A stretch of 64,000 bases of DNA from an uncultured Bacillales bacterium (GTDB lineage Bacteria; Bacillota_I; Bacilli_A; RF39; UBA660): assembly GCA_945228905.1 (NCBI GenBank), contig CALYOH010000001.1, forward strand, positions 7,464 to 71,463. Direction: 5' to 3'. The translations under genes and the position numbers were made by a program. Positions 1 through 9,353 of the stretch are shown one piece after another (the stretch's first letter is position 1; each line of letters starts with the position of its first letter). The notes beneath the pieces are model-generated. The model saw only the letters and a list, made by a program, of their open reading frames with translations. It was not told the DNA's origin and made no database searches.

Positions 1-767
1 TAAATCAAAAAGGTGGCGTTGGAAAGACAACAACAAGTATTAATCTTTCTGCATCATTAGCAGTATTAGGTAAAAAAGTTTTATTAATAGACTTAGATCC
101 TCAAGGAAATACAACTACTGGTGTAGGAATTAATAAAGGGGAAATAGATAAAAGTATATATGATGTTTTAATTGGAGAATGTACAGTAACAGAAGCAATA
201 ATTAAAACAAAGTATGATAAATTATTTGTCCTTCCAGCAACATTAAATTTAGCTGGATTAGAAGCTGAATTTTTAGAAAAAAGTAAAACACAAAATGGAT
301 TTAAAAAAGGGGAACAATTAAAAAATTGTTTAAATGAAATAAAAGATAATTATGATTTTATAATTATTGATTGTCCTCCATCTTTAGGAGTTATTACAAC
401 AAACGCTTTAACAGCATCAAATTCAGTAATAATTCCAGTACAATGTGAATTCTTTGCTCTAGAAGGAATAACACAATTACTAAAAACAATAATGTTAGCT
501 CAAAAGAGTTTAAATCCAACATTAGATATAGAAGGAGTTCTATTAACAATGTTAGATTCTAGAACTAATTTAGGCTTTGAAGTAGTAGAAGATATAAGAA
601 GATTCTTTAAAGAAAAGGTATATAATACAATAATACCAAGATTAGTAAGATTGACAGAGGCTCCATCACATGGAGAACCTATAATTGCATATGATCCAAA
701 AAGTAGAGGATCAGAAGCATATCTCAATCTAGCAAAGGAAGTGATTGAAAGAAATGGAAACGGGTAA
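1..767 (+). CDS. soj: ParA/Soj chromosome-partitioning ATPase (5' end cut by window edge)
   Basis: The window opens in frame inside the deviant Walker A 'NQKGGVGKTT'. ParA-type sequence follows through 'PSHGEPIIAYDPKSRGSEAYLNLAKEV'. It lies directly upstream of and overlaps parB. Confidence 0.9.
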   Translation, partial: NQKGGVGKTTTSINLSASLAVLGKKVLLIDLDPQGNTTTGVGINKGEIDKSIYDVLIGECTVTEAIIKTKYDKLFVLPATLNLAGLEAEFLEKSKTQNGFKKGEQLKNCLNEIKDNYDFIIIDCPPSLGVITTNALTASNSVIIPVQCEFFALEGITQLLKTIMLAQKSLNPTLDIEGVLLTMLDSRTNLGFEVVEDIRRFFKEKVYNTIIPRLVRLTEAPSHGEPIIAYDPKSRGSEAYLNLAKEVIERNGNG

Positions 768-1665
768 TATTCAAGAAAGCGGAATACCAAAAAGAAGAGC
801 TCTAGGAAAGGGATTAGAAGAACTATTTAATAGTGAAATACTAGACTATAGTACAGTAGAAGAAAAAATAGTAGAATCTACTCCAAAAGATGAAATAGTA
901 AATGTTCCATTAAATGAACTTAGAAGTAATCCATACCAACCAAGAAAAATATTTGATGAAGAAGCATTACAAGAATTAGCAAGTTCAATTAAAGAACATG
1001 GAGTATTTCAACCAATTATTGTTAAGAAATCTATAAAAGGTTATGAAATAATAGCAGGAGAAAGAAGAGTAAAAGCATCTCAAATGGCTGGTTTAACTGA
1101 AATACCAGCAATCATTAGAGATTTCAATGATACTCAAATGATGGAAATAGCTCTATTAGAAAATCTACAAAGAGAAAATCTTACTGCTATAGAAGAAGCT
1201 CAAGCATATAAGAAATTAAAAGAAACATTAAATCTAACACAAGAAGAATTAGCTAATAGGCTAGGAAAGAGTAGAAGTCATATAACAAATATGTTAGGAT
1301 TATTGAATCTTCCAGAACCAATACAAGAAGATATTAATTCTAAAAAGATTTCTATGGGACATGCCAGAGTATTAAGTAAGTTAGATAATGTAGAACAACA
1401 AAAAGAATTAGAGAATATTATTATCAATAAAGGTATAAGTGTAAGAGAATTAGAAACATTAACACAAGAACCGGAAATAACTAAAACAAATCCTCAAAAA
1501 CAAAAAAGAAATAAAACAAATGAATATGCTTATTTACAAAATGAATTAAGTGAAAAGCTAGGAACTAAAGTAGTAATAAAGAAAAATAAAATAGAAATAA
1601 GTTTTGTAAATGATAACGATTTAAGTAGATTATTAGAAATAATGAATATAGAGGTTGATAGATAA
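745..1665 (+). CDS. spo0J: ParB/Spo0J chromosome-partitioning protein
   Basis: ParB N-terminal box 'NPYQPRK' and 'IIAGERRVKAS', HTH 'TQEELANRLGKSRSHITNMLGLL'. Follows parA. Confidence 0.9.
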   Translation: MKEMETGNIQESGIPKRRALGKGLEELFNSEILDYSTVEEKIVESTPKDEIVNVPLNELRSNPYQPRKIFDEEALQELASSIKEHGVFQPIIVKKSIKGYEIIAGERRVKASQMAGLTEIPAIIRDFNDTQMMEIALLENLQRENLTAIEEAQAYKKLKETLNLTQEELANRLGKSRSHITNMLGLLNLPEPIQEDINSKKISMGHARVLSKLDNVEQQKELENIIINKGISVRELETLTQEPEITKTNPQKQKRNKTNEYAYLQNELSEKLGTKVVIKKNKIEISFVNDNDLSRLLEIMNIEVDR

Positions 1666-2480
1666 TGAAAATAAATATATTAAACTTATCTTTCGATATT
1701 ATGAAAATATTAACTCCAATTATCTATATAATCTTAGGTGTAGTAATATTCAAAATAATAAAAGGTATTATAAAAAAGACAAGATTTGCATCTAATAGAT
1801 TGAAAGCGTCTCAAAGACAAAGAATAGATACAATAAAAAGTCTAATTATTAATATCATTAAATACATTATAGTAATATTAGTTATATTAGCTATACTTTC
1901 AAGTTTTGGAGTAAATGTTAATAAAATATTAGCTGGTTTAGGTATAGGAACAGCAATAATAGGTTTAGCATTCCAAGATCTTGCGAAAGACATAATAGCA
2001 GGATTCTCTATAATAGCAGAAGGAGAATATGAAGTAGGAGATACAATAGAAATCGAAGGATTTATGGGAGAAGTTGTTTTTATAGGATTAAGAACAACAC
2101 GTATCAGAAACTTCAAAGGAGCAACTAAGATAATATCTAATAGATATATGGATAATATCATAAACTATAGTGATAATAATTCATTAGCAGTTGTTGATGT
2201 AGGAATTGCTTATGAAAATAATGAAGAAGAAATAGAAGAAACATTTAATAATTTATTTAAAAGACTTAACGGAAATATCCCTCATGCTACAAAAGATCTA
2301 GAATTATGGGGAGTTAATTCCTTAGGAGATTCATCTGTTGTATATAGAGTTGTTGTAGAAACAGAGCCAATGCAACACTTTGCAACAGAGAGATTCTTAA
2401 GAAAAGAAATAAAAAAAGAGTTTGATAAATCAGGAATAAAGATTCCATATCAACAAATAGAGATTCACAATGGAAAATAA
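1665..2480 (+). CDS. MscS-family small-conductance mechanosensitive channel
   Basis: N-terminal TM helices followed by 'GDTIEIEGFMGEVVFIGLRTTRIRNFKG', typical of the MscS beta-domain. TAATG overlap with the parB stop. Confidence 0.8.
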   Translation: MKINILNLSFDIMKILTPIIYIILGVVIFKIIKGIIKKTRFASNRLKASQRQRIDTIKSLIINIIKYIIVILVILAILSSFGVNVNKILAGLGIGTAIIGLAFQDLAKDIIAGFSIIAEGEYEVGDTIEIEGFMGEVVFIGLRTTRIRNFKGATKIISNRYMDNIINYSDNNSLAVVDVGIAYENNEEEIEETFNNLFKRLNGNIPHATKDLELWGVNSLGDSSVVYRVVVETEPMQHFATERFLRKEIKKEFDKSGIKIPYQQIEIHNGK

Positions 2481-2667
2481 TAATAACTATAAGTTAGGCT
2501 CTAAAGTAATTATGAAAAAACAACATCCATGTGGAACTAATGAATGGGAAATAGTTAGAGTTGGTGCAGATATTAAGATAAAATGTCTAAATTGTGGAAG
2601 AACAATACTAATTCCTAGAATAGAATTTAATAAAAAACTGAAAAAAGTATTAGAGGAGGAACAATAA
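2470..2667 (+). CDS. DUF951-like small protein with CxxC...CxxC-type cysteines
   Basis: 65 aa, 'KKQHPCGTNEWEIVRVGADIKIKCLNCGR'. Family assignment is from memory of DUF951 near ychF in Firmicutes. Confidence 0.55.
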   Translation: MENNNNYKLGSKVIMKKQHPCGTNEWEIVRVGADIKIKCLNCGRTILIPRIEFNKKLKKVLEEEQ

Positions 2668-4262
2668 TGTTTGAGAAAAAGAAACTTAGACTTAAAAAAT
2701 TTTATTTTCATCCAGTAACAGTTTTCTTAGTTTTAATATTCTTAACAATTATATTAAGTGGAATACTATCATTACTACAAACACAAGCAACATATAGTGT
2801 AGTAAATCCAAATACATTAGAACTAGAACCAACATTAGTTACTGTAGAAAATCTTTTCTCATTTGATGGAATAAAATTTATTATTAGTAATGCCGCTAAA
2901 AACTTTTTAAGTTTTGCACCTTTAGGAACACTATTAATATCATTAATTGGTTTAACGGTAGCAGAAGCTACAGGATTCATTGAAATGTTAACAAGAAGAC
3001 ATATTAGTAAATTTAATAAATATGTTGTTACATTCTTAGTAATATTTATATCTATAGTTTCATCGCTAATTAATGAAGTTGGTTATGCAATACTAATTCC
3101 ATTAATGGCACTAGTATACTTTATTAACAATAGAAATCCTATTTTAGGTATAGTAACAGCATTCTGTGGTGTATCATTTGGATGTGGAGTATCAATATTT
3201 GTAGGATCTACAGAAGTAGCATTAATAAATTATACAAAATTAGCTGCTCAATTAATTGATGAAAATGCTCATATTGCATTATCTTCAAACTTAATATTTA
3301 TAATAGTTGCAAGTATTATATTATCAATTGTTGGAACTATTATAATTGAAGCGTTAATAGCACCAAGAATAGGTAAATATAAGAAAGATGAAGAATTTGC
3401 AAAAACTGAACAATATAATGTATTAGCAGTTGAAGAAGAAGAACAACAAGAATTAGAAAAAGAAAAATATGAAAAAAGAGGACTTACTTATGCACTTATC
3501 GTAAGTATAGTTGTTCTATTCATAGTAATATATTCATTAATTCCAAATCTACCATATTCTGGTATGCTACTAGATATGAAAGAGATAACATATTTAAATC
3601 AATTGTTTGGAGATAATGCATATTTCCAAGATGGATTTACATATATGGTTTCATTATTCTTTATACTAGCGGGTATAGCATATGGAATAGGTAGTAAGTC
3701 ATTAAAAAATGATAAAGATTTAATAGAAAAAACAGGTAAAAAATTCAATAATATTGGTAGTATTATAATCCTAATATTTGTAGTATCTCAATTTATAGCA
3801 GTATGGAGAAAAACAAATATAGGAACAATAATAACAATATGGTTAACAAACTTATTAGAACAAATGCAATTAAGCGGAGTACCACTATTAATAGTAACTT
3901 TACTATTTATAGCGGTAGCAAACTTATTCTTAACATCTCCAGCAAGCAAATGGGCGATATTCTCACCAGTTGTAGTACCAATGTTTATGCAATCAAATAT
4001 ATCTCCACAATTTGCTCAAATAGTAATGAGAGCAGGAGATTCAATGACTAAAGGATTTACACCTTTACTAGCATCATTCGTAATATATATAGGATATTTA
4101 AATATCTATAATTTACATAAAGATAAACCATTTACTATAAGAAAATCATTACAATTAGTAACACCATACTTCTTACTTATATCAGTAGCATGGATAGTAC
4201 TAGTAGTATTATGGTATATAGTAGGTCTTCCAGTAGGACCTGGAGTAAGTCCAACAATATAA
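2667..4262 (+). CDS. AbgT-family (p-aminobenzoyl-glutamate-type) transporter
   Basis: 531-aa polytopic membrane protein; N-terminal 'FHPVTVFLVLIFLTIILSG' and overall architecture resemble AbgT/MtrF. Confidence 0.7.
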   Translation: MFEKKKLRLKKFYFHPVTVFLVLIFLTIILSGILSLLQTQATYSVVNPNTLELEPTLVTVENLFSFDGIKFIISNAAKNFLSFAPLGTLLISLIGLTVAEATGFIEMLTRRHISKFNKYVVTFLVIFISIVSSLINEVGYAILIPLMALVYFINNRNPILGIVTAFCGVSFGCGVSIFVGSTEVALINYTKLAAQLIDENAHIALSSNLIFIIVASIILSIVGTIIIEALIAPRIGKYKKDEEFAKTEQYNVLAVEEEEQQELEKEKYEKRGLTYALIVSIVVLFIVIYSLIPNLPYSGMLLDMKEITYLNQLFGDNAYFQDGFTYMVSLFFILAGIAYGIGSKSLKNDKDLIEKTGKKFNNIGSIIILIFVVSQFIAVWRKTNIGTIITIWLTNLLEQMQLSGVPLLIVTLLFIAVANLFLTSPASKWAIFSPVVVPMFMQSNISPQFAQIVMRAGDSMTKGFTPLLASFVIYIGYLNIYNLHKDKPFTIRKSLQLVTPYFLLISVAWIVLVVLWYIVGLPVGPGVSPTI

Positions 4263-4284
4263 AAACACCATTTGGTGTTTTTTA
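4261..4284. terminator. Bidirectional rho-independent terminator between the AbgT gene and the AraC gene
   Basis: aaaaacacc-attt-ggtgttttt hairpin with an A-tract on one side and a T-tract on the other. Confidence 0.75.
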
Positions 4285-4749
4285 TTTGAATATTGATAAT
4301 ACTTTAACAGTACTTTTAGGCGGAACATTATTAATATAATTATCTATTCTACGATAATCATAATCAATTTTAGAAATACTATTCTGAATAATTTCAGTAT
4401 CTTTAATACTTACAAAACTTCTTGAATTAATAAATTTATAATATGTAGAAGGAGGTACTCCAATAATTTTATGAAACATCTCACAATAATACTCCTGTGA
4501 ATAAAATCCATAATTTATAGAAATATTCAATATAGATAAATCAGTATATATATAAGACTTTAAAGAATTATAAATTCTTTTCGTATTAATATAATTAGTA
4601 ATAGTATAACCAATCTCTCTTTTAAATAATCTCATAATATAATCCTTATTATAGTGAAATATATTAGATAATTCATCAATAGGAATCTTCTTATATAAAT
4701 TATTATCTATATAATTCAATATTTTAATGACTAATTCATTAGAAAACAT
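4282..4749 (-). CDS. Small AraC/XylS-family transcriptional regulator (HTH domain only)
   Basis: 155 aa. AraC-type double HTH 'IDELSNIFHYNKDYIMRLFKREIGYTITNYINTKRI...ISINYGFYSQEYYCEMFHKIIGVPPSTY'. Divergent from the VirD4-like gene. Confidence 0.75.
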   Translation of the reverse strand: MFSNELVIKILNYIDNNLYKKIPIDELSNIFHYNKDYIMRLFKREIGYTITNYINTKRIYNSLKSYIYTDLSILNISINYGFYSQEYYCEMFHKIIGVPPSTYYKFINSRSFVSIKDTEIIQNSISKIDYDYRRIDNYINNVPPKSTVKVLSIFK

Positions 4750-4843
4750 TTAATCACCAAAACCATTATAACATAGAAAGTCGTTATTGTTTAAATCTTA
4801 ATTATAATTGTATGTTTTAATGTAAGTGGAAGGGGGAATAATA

Positions 4844-6193
4844 ATGAATTATTCAAAATGGGCAACAAGAGATGAAATGCATCAAAGAACAATACCAGTT
4901 AATTTAAAAACTGGAGTTGAAAAATCTGGTTTACCAGTAATGTATGATGATAATTATTTATACATTGATACTAATGAAGCACATAACTTATTAATAGGAT
5001 GTACAGGAAGTGGAAAAACTCAAGTAGTAATTCTACCGATCCTAAGATTAGCAATGAAAGCAAAAGAATCAACTGTTATTAATGATCCAAAAGGAGAAAT
5101 CTATAAAAAGACAGCTAATCAATTTAAAAAAGAAGGTTATAATGTAATAGCAATAGATTTTAATGATTCACGTTATGGAAATAGTTGGAATCCACTAGAA
5201 TTAGCATATAGACAATATAAAGAAGGAAATAAAGATAAAGCATTAGATTTAATAGAGAATTTAGGATATTATTTATTATCAGATAGTAACAATAATAATT
5301 CTGATCCATTTTGGATTAACTCAACAATTAATTATTTTACTGGATTAGTACTATACTTATTTGAAAATGCTAAAAAAGATGAAATTAACTTATCAAGTGT
5401 TATGGCTTTAGCTAATTCACTTCAAAAACCAGAAAATTATAAAGAGTTGCTTGATAAATTAGATAAGAATTCAGTTATATATATTAAATTAATAGGTACT
5501 TTATTAGCACCTACTGAAACAAAAGGAAGTATATTATCTGTATTCAATCAAAAAATAGAAAGATACTTATCTAAAGAAAATCTAGCTAATATGCTATCTA
5601 ACAATGATTTTGATTTATCAATGTTAACAAAAGAACCAACAGTTATATTTATAGTAAGTGGAATTAGTCAACAATATCGTAACTTAATACCATTATTTGC
5701 TAATCAAGTAATAGATGCAGTAGATATATATGGAGATCATAAGAGTAGATTAAATTTATTATTAGATGAATTTGATTCAATGATACCTATTAAAGATTTT
5801 GCATTAAAGTTAGGATTCTGTAGATCTATTAATATTAGAATTACAGTAACAATTCAAAGTTATGTACATTTAGCAAATATGTACTCTAAAGAAGATGTGG
5901 AAATATTAAAAATGTGCTTTGGTAATACTATTTATCTATTATCTGAAGATATTTATACATTAGAAGAAATGTCTAATAGATGTGGAACTCAATTAGTAGA
6001 TGGAAAAGAAGAACCATTAATATCTGTTTCTGAATTAAAAACATTTGGATATTTTGAAGCAGTAATATTAATGCCAAGAATGATGCCATTTAGAACAAAA
6101 ATGTTACCAGACTATAAAATAGACTGGGGTTATCAAGATGAAGAAATTGAAATACCAATGAGAAATAAGAATAATATCAACATATATAGTTAA
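4844..6193 (+). CDS. VirD4/TraG/TraD-like type IV coupling-protein-family ATPase, no TM segment, orphan
   Basis: Walker A 'GCTGSGKTQ', Walker B-like 'LLLDEFDS', 'DPFW' motif typical of T4CPs. ATG 4844 preferred over GTG 4826 because the RBS ggaaggggg lies just upstream. Confidence 0.75.
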   Translation: MNYSKWATRDEMHQRTIPVNLKTGVEKSGLPVMYDDNYLYIDTNEAHNLLIGCTGSGKTQVVILPILRLAMKAKESTVINDPKGEIYKKTANQFKKEGYNVIAIDFNDSRYGNSWNPLELAYRQYKEGNKDKALDLIENLGYYLLSDSNNNNSDPFWINSTINYFTGLVLYLFENAKKDEINLSSVMALANSLQKPENYKELLDKLDKNSVIYIKLIGTLLAPTETKGSILSVFNQKIERYLSKENLANMLSNNDFDLSMLTKEPTVIFIVSGISQQYRNLIPLFANQVIDAVDIYGDHKSRLNLLLDEFDSMIPIKDFALKLGFCRSINIRITVTIQSYVHLANMYSKEDVEILKMCFGNTIYLLSEDIYTLEEMSNRCGTQLVDGKEEPLISVSELKTFGYFEAVILMPRMMPFRTKMLPDYKIDWGYQDEEIEIPMRNKNNINIYS

Positions 6194-6196
6194 GAA

Positions 6197-6228
6197 AAAT
6201 AATACCTTAGGGTATTATTTTCTTTTTA
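6197..6228 (+). terminator. Rho-independent terminator after the VirD4-like gene
   Basis: aaataatacc-ttag-ggtattattt stem followed by tcttttt. Confidence 0.8.
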
Positions 6229-6262
6229 TTATGTTATAATAAGTGAAGAAAAGAGGGATATT

Positions 6263-7363
6263 ATGAGTTTAACAGCAGGAATTGTAGGATTACCAAATGT
6301 AGGAAAATCTACATTATTTAATGCAATTACAAATCAAAAAATATTAGCAGAAAATTATCCTTTTGCTACAATAGAACCTAATGTAGGAGTAGTAACAGTA
6401 CCAGATGAAAGAATGGATAAATTAAAAGAAATGTATGATCCAAATAGATTTATACCAACTGCATATGAATTTACTGATATAGCAGGACTTGTAAAAGGAG
6501 CATCTAAAGGAGAAGGATTAGGAAATAAATTCTTAGCTCATATAAGAGAAACAGACGCTATAGTAGAAGTAGTAAGATGTTTTGATGATGGAAAAATAAT
6601 CCATGTAGAAGGTGGAATAGATCCAATAAGAGATATAGAAACAATTAATCTTGAATTAGCAATAGCAGACTTAGATGTAATTAATAGTAGATTAGAAAGA
6701 GTTGCTAAAAAAGCAAGAACTACAAAAGATAAAGATGATATTTTAGAAACAGAAGTATTAGAAAAATGTAAGAAAGCATTAGAAGAAGAGAAACCATTAA
6801 GACAATTAGATTTAACAGATGAAGAAAAGAAAGTAATTAAATCATATAGTTTCTTAACTCTAAAACCAATTATCTATTTAGCAAATATCAAAGAAAGTGA
6901 GCTAGGAAATCCAGATAATGAATATGTACAAAAAGTAAAAGAGTACGCATCACGTGAAAATGCAAGAGTAGTAAGCTTATGCGCAAAAGTAGAAGAAGAC
7001 TTAAGTGAACTAAATCAAGAAGAAAAACAAGAAATGTTAGAAGCTTTAGGTTTAGATGGAAGTGGATTAGATAAACTAATTAAAGCAACATATGATATCT
7101 TAGGTTTAGCAACATATTTTACTGTAGGAAAAGATGAAGTAAGAGCATGGACATTTAGAAAAGGAATGAATGCTAAAGAATGTGCTGGAATTATCCATAC
7201 AGATTTCGAAAAAGGATTTATACGTGCAGAAGTAATTTCATATGATGATCTTATAGAATACGGTAGTGAATTAAAAGTAAGAGAAGCAGGAAAGGCTAGA
7301 GTAGAAGGAAAAGACTATCTAATGCAAGATGGAGATATCTGTCACTTTAGATTCAATGTTTAA
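6263..7363 (+). CDS. ychF: Ribosome-binding ATPase YchF
   Basis: 'GIVGLPNVGKSTLFNA' P-loop, 'FTDIAGLVKGAS', C-terminal 'DGDICHFRFNV'. Full-length, 366 aa. Confidence 0.95.
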   Translation: MSLTAGIVGLPNVGKSTLFNAITNQKILAENYPFATIEPNVGVVTVPDERMDKLKEMYDPNRFIPTAYEFTDIAGLVKGASKGEGLGNKFLAHIRETDAIVEVVRCFDDGKIIHVEGGIDPIRDIETINLELAIADLDVINSRLERVAKKARTTKDKDDILETEVLEKCKKALEEEKPLRQLDLTDEEKKVIKSYSFLTLKPIIYLANIKESELGNPDNEYVQKVKEYASRENARVVSLCAKVEEDLSELNQEEKQEMLEALGLDGSGLDKLIKATYDILGLATYFTVGKDEVRAWTFRKGMNAKECAGIIHTDFEKGFIRAEVISYDDLIEYGSELKVREAGKARVEGKDYLMQDGDICHFRFNV

Positions 7364-8130
7364 TGAAATCACAAATAGTAATATTTGAAGGAAATATGAA
7401 AGATGGCCTTTTTTCAAGATCAAAGAAATTTTATCCAGAAAATTATACTGAAGAAGATATATATGAAGCATATAAAAAAGATAGAATTAAACTTGGAAAC
7501 AAGCATGGTTTTTCGGGACTAAAAATGTTCCATACAAGACAAAAAATGGAAGATAATGACGTTTATCCTGATGATAAAGCAGTAATTTTAGATGAAACTA
7601 AAATGCAAAAAAAAGACTATTTTAATGAACTAATAGAAGCAGATATTTTAATAATATCTAATAAATACCCTAAAGTAGCAGTAACACATAATATGGCAGA
7701 TTGTCCTATATTAATAGCAGAAGATAGAGAAAAAGGAGTTACTGCATTAGCACATTGTGGAATTTATCACATAAATAGAGGATTACCTAAAGCATTAATT
7801 AAATCCTTAATAGACAAATGTGGAAGTAATCCAGAGAATATATATTTATATATTGGAAGCCATATATGGAAAGAAAGTTATATATATGATAAATATCCAC
7901 CACAAGCAACAAATAAAGAGATATGGGCAAATGCAATAGAAAAAGAAGAAAATGATTATCATATAAATCTATTACAGGCAATAAAGAATCAGTTAATAGA
8001 TTATAACCTTGCTGAAATAAAAGTAAGTAATATAAATACATATACTGATCCAGATTATGCATCCCATAGAGCAGCAAGTATAAATAAAGACAAAGTTGGT
8101 CAAAATATAGTAGGTTTTTATTATAAATAA
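7363..8130 (+). CDS. YfiH/PgeF-family (DUF152, laccase-domain) protein
   Basis: 'MADCPILIAEDREKGVTALAHCG' resembles the ADCxP...AHxGWRG signature of the family. Confidence 0.65.
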   Translation: MKSQIVIFEGNMKDGLFSRSKKFYPENYTEEDIYEAYKKDRIKLGNKHGFSGLKMFHTRQKMEDNDVYPDDKAVILDETKMQKKDYFNELIEADILIISNKYPKVAVTHNMADCPILIAEDREKGVTALAHCGIYHINRGLPKALIKSLIDKCGSNPENIYLYIGSHIWKESYIYDKYPPQATNKEIWANAIEKEENDYHINLLQAIKNQLIDYNLAEIKVSNINTYTDPDYASHRAASINKDKVGQNIVGFYYK

Positions 8131-8156
8131 AAATCTACTTTTTTTAATTAGTACAC

Positions 8157-8185
8157 TTGCATCAAATAAAGATATTTGTTATAAT
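8157..8185 (+). promoter_or_regulatory. Sigma-A-type promoter of the rpsF-ssb-rpsR operon
   Basis: TTGCAT (8157-8162), 17-bp spacer, TATAAT (8180-8185). Confidence 0.6.
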
Positions 8186-8246
8186 ACGTTCGAGTATTTT
8201 AAATACTCCTTACTATTCGTATGAATAGTCATAAGTCCAAAAGGAG
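8186..8246 (+). promoter_or_regulatory. Structured rpsF 5' leader (possible S6:S18-binding leader)
   Basis: Two adjacent hairpins, gagtattt/aaatactc and actattc-gta-tgaatagt, just upstream of the RBS aaggagg. Confidence 0.4.
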
Positions 8247-8255
8247 GTGCAAATA

Positions 8256-8543
8256 ATGAATAAATATGAAATTATGTTTGTAGTAAGACCTGATATGGAG
8301 GAAACTGAAATCAAAAAGACAGCTGAAGAAATGAAAAAGGTTTTAACAGACGCAAAAGTAAAAGTTTTAGACGAAAAAGCAATGGGACAAAAAGAATTAG
8401 CTTATGAAATTAAGAAATTTAATACTGGTTACTATTTCTTATTAACAGTTGAAGCATCAAAAGAAGCAGAACAAGAATTTAACCGTGTTGCTAGAATCAA
8501 TGAAAGTCTACTTCGTCATATTGTTGTAAGAGTAGAAGACTAA
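8256..8543 (+). CDS. rpsF: 30S ribosomal protein S6
   Basis: 'MNKYEIMFVVRPD...' S6 N-terminus. ATG 8256 is 7 nt after aaggagg. Sits in the rpsF-ssb-rpsR operon. Confidence 0.92.
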   Translation: MNKYEIMFVVRPDMEETEIKKTAEEMKKVLTDAKVKVLDEKAMGQKELAYEIKKFNTGYYFLLTVEASKEAEQEFNRVARINESLLRHIVVRVED

Positions 8544-8559
8544 GAAAAAGAGGTAAGTT

Positions 8560-9036
8560 ATGAATAAAGTTTTTTTAATAGGAAGACTAACAAGAGATCC
8601 AGAATTAAGATATACAGGAAATAATACTGCAGTTGCTTCATTTTCAATTGCAGTAAATAGAAATTTTGCAAATGCTCAAGGAGAAAGAGAAGCAGATTTT
8701 ATCAATATAGTTGTTTGGAGAAAACAAGCAGAAAATGTTAAAAATTATCTATCTCAAGGTAGTCAAGTTGCAATAGATGGAAGAATTCAAACTAGATCTT
8801 ATGATGATCAAAATGGTCAAAAAAGATATGTTACTGAAGTAGTAGCAGATAACGTTGAATTCTTAGGATCTAAAGGTTCATCAACTAATACTAATAGTTT
8901 TGCTGAGAAGAGTGCAGAACCAACACCTTATGATTTTGGAGATGCTCCAGAACCAAAAGGAACTGATGTAGATAGTAATCCATTTGCTGATTTCGGCTCA
9001 AGTATTGAAATTAGTGACGATGAATTACCATTCTAA
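8560..9036 (+). CDS. ssb: Single-stranded DNA-binding protein
   Basis: 'MNKVFLIGRLTRDPELRYT' OB-fold N-terminus and acidic tail 'DDELPF'. Confidence 0.95.
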   Translation: MNKVFLIGRLTRDPELRYTGNNTAVASFSIAVNRNFANAQGEREADFINIVVWRKQAENVKNYLSQGSQVAIDGRIQTRSYDDQNGQKRYVTEVVADNVEFLGSKGSSTNTNSFAEKSAEPTPYDFGDAPEPKGTDVDSNPFADFGSSIEISDDELPF

Positions 9037-9055
9037 TTTAAGAAGGAGGTAAATT

Positions 9056-9271
9056 ATGGCAGAATTCAATAGAAGAAAGAAAAAAGTATGTGCTATGTGT
9101 ACTGGAAAAGATGTTGACTGGAAAGATACAGAAACACTTAAAAAATATACAAACGAAAAAGGTAAAATTTTACCAAGAAGAGTTACTGGAAACTGTGCTG
9201 AACATCAAAGACATATATCTAAACAAATTAAAAGAGCGCGTGCAATAGCATTAATGCCTTATACAAGATAA
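9056..9271 (+). CDS. rpsR: 30S ribosomal protein S18
   Basis: '[35 protein letters not shown]', S18 signature. Confidence 0.95.
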   Translation: MAEFNRRKKKVCAMCTGKDVDWKDTETLKKYTNEKGKILPRRVTGNCAEHQRHISKQIKRARAIALMPYTR

Positions 9272-9274
9272 TAG

Positions 9275-9297
9275 AAGGATAGCAATATCCTTTTTTA
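9275..9297 (+). terminator. Rho-independent terminator after rpsR
   Basis: aaggata-gcaa-tatcctt followed by tttt. Confidence 0.8.
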
Positions 9298-9353
9298 TTT
9301 TACTTTAAATCGATATTATATTATAATAAAAATGGGGGTTTATAGGAGGAATT

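Noticed and set aside
6945-6962. parS-like site around CACGTGAAAA inside ychF
   Set aside because: Only the right half resembles TGTTNCACGTGAAACA and the left half does not match. I found no full parS by eye in the window.
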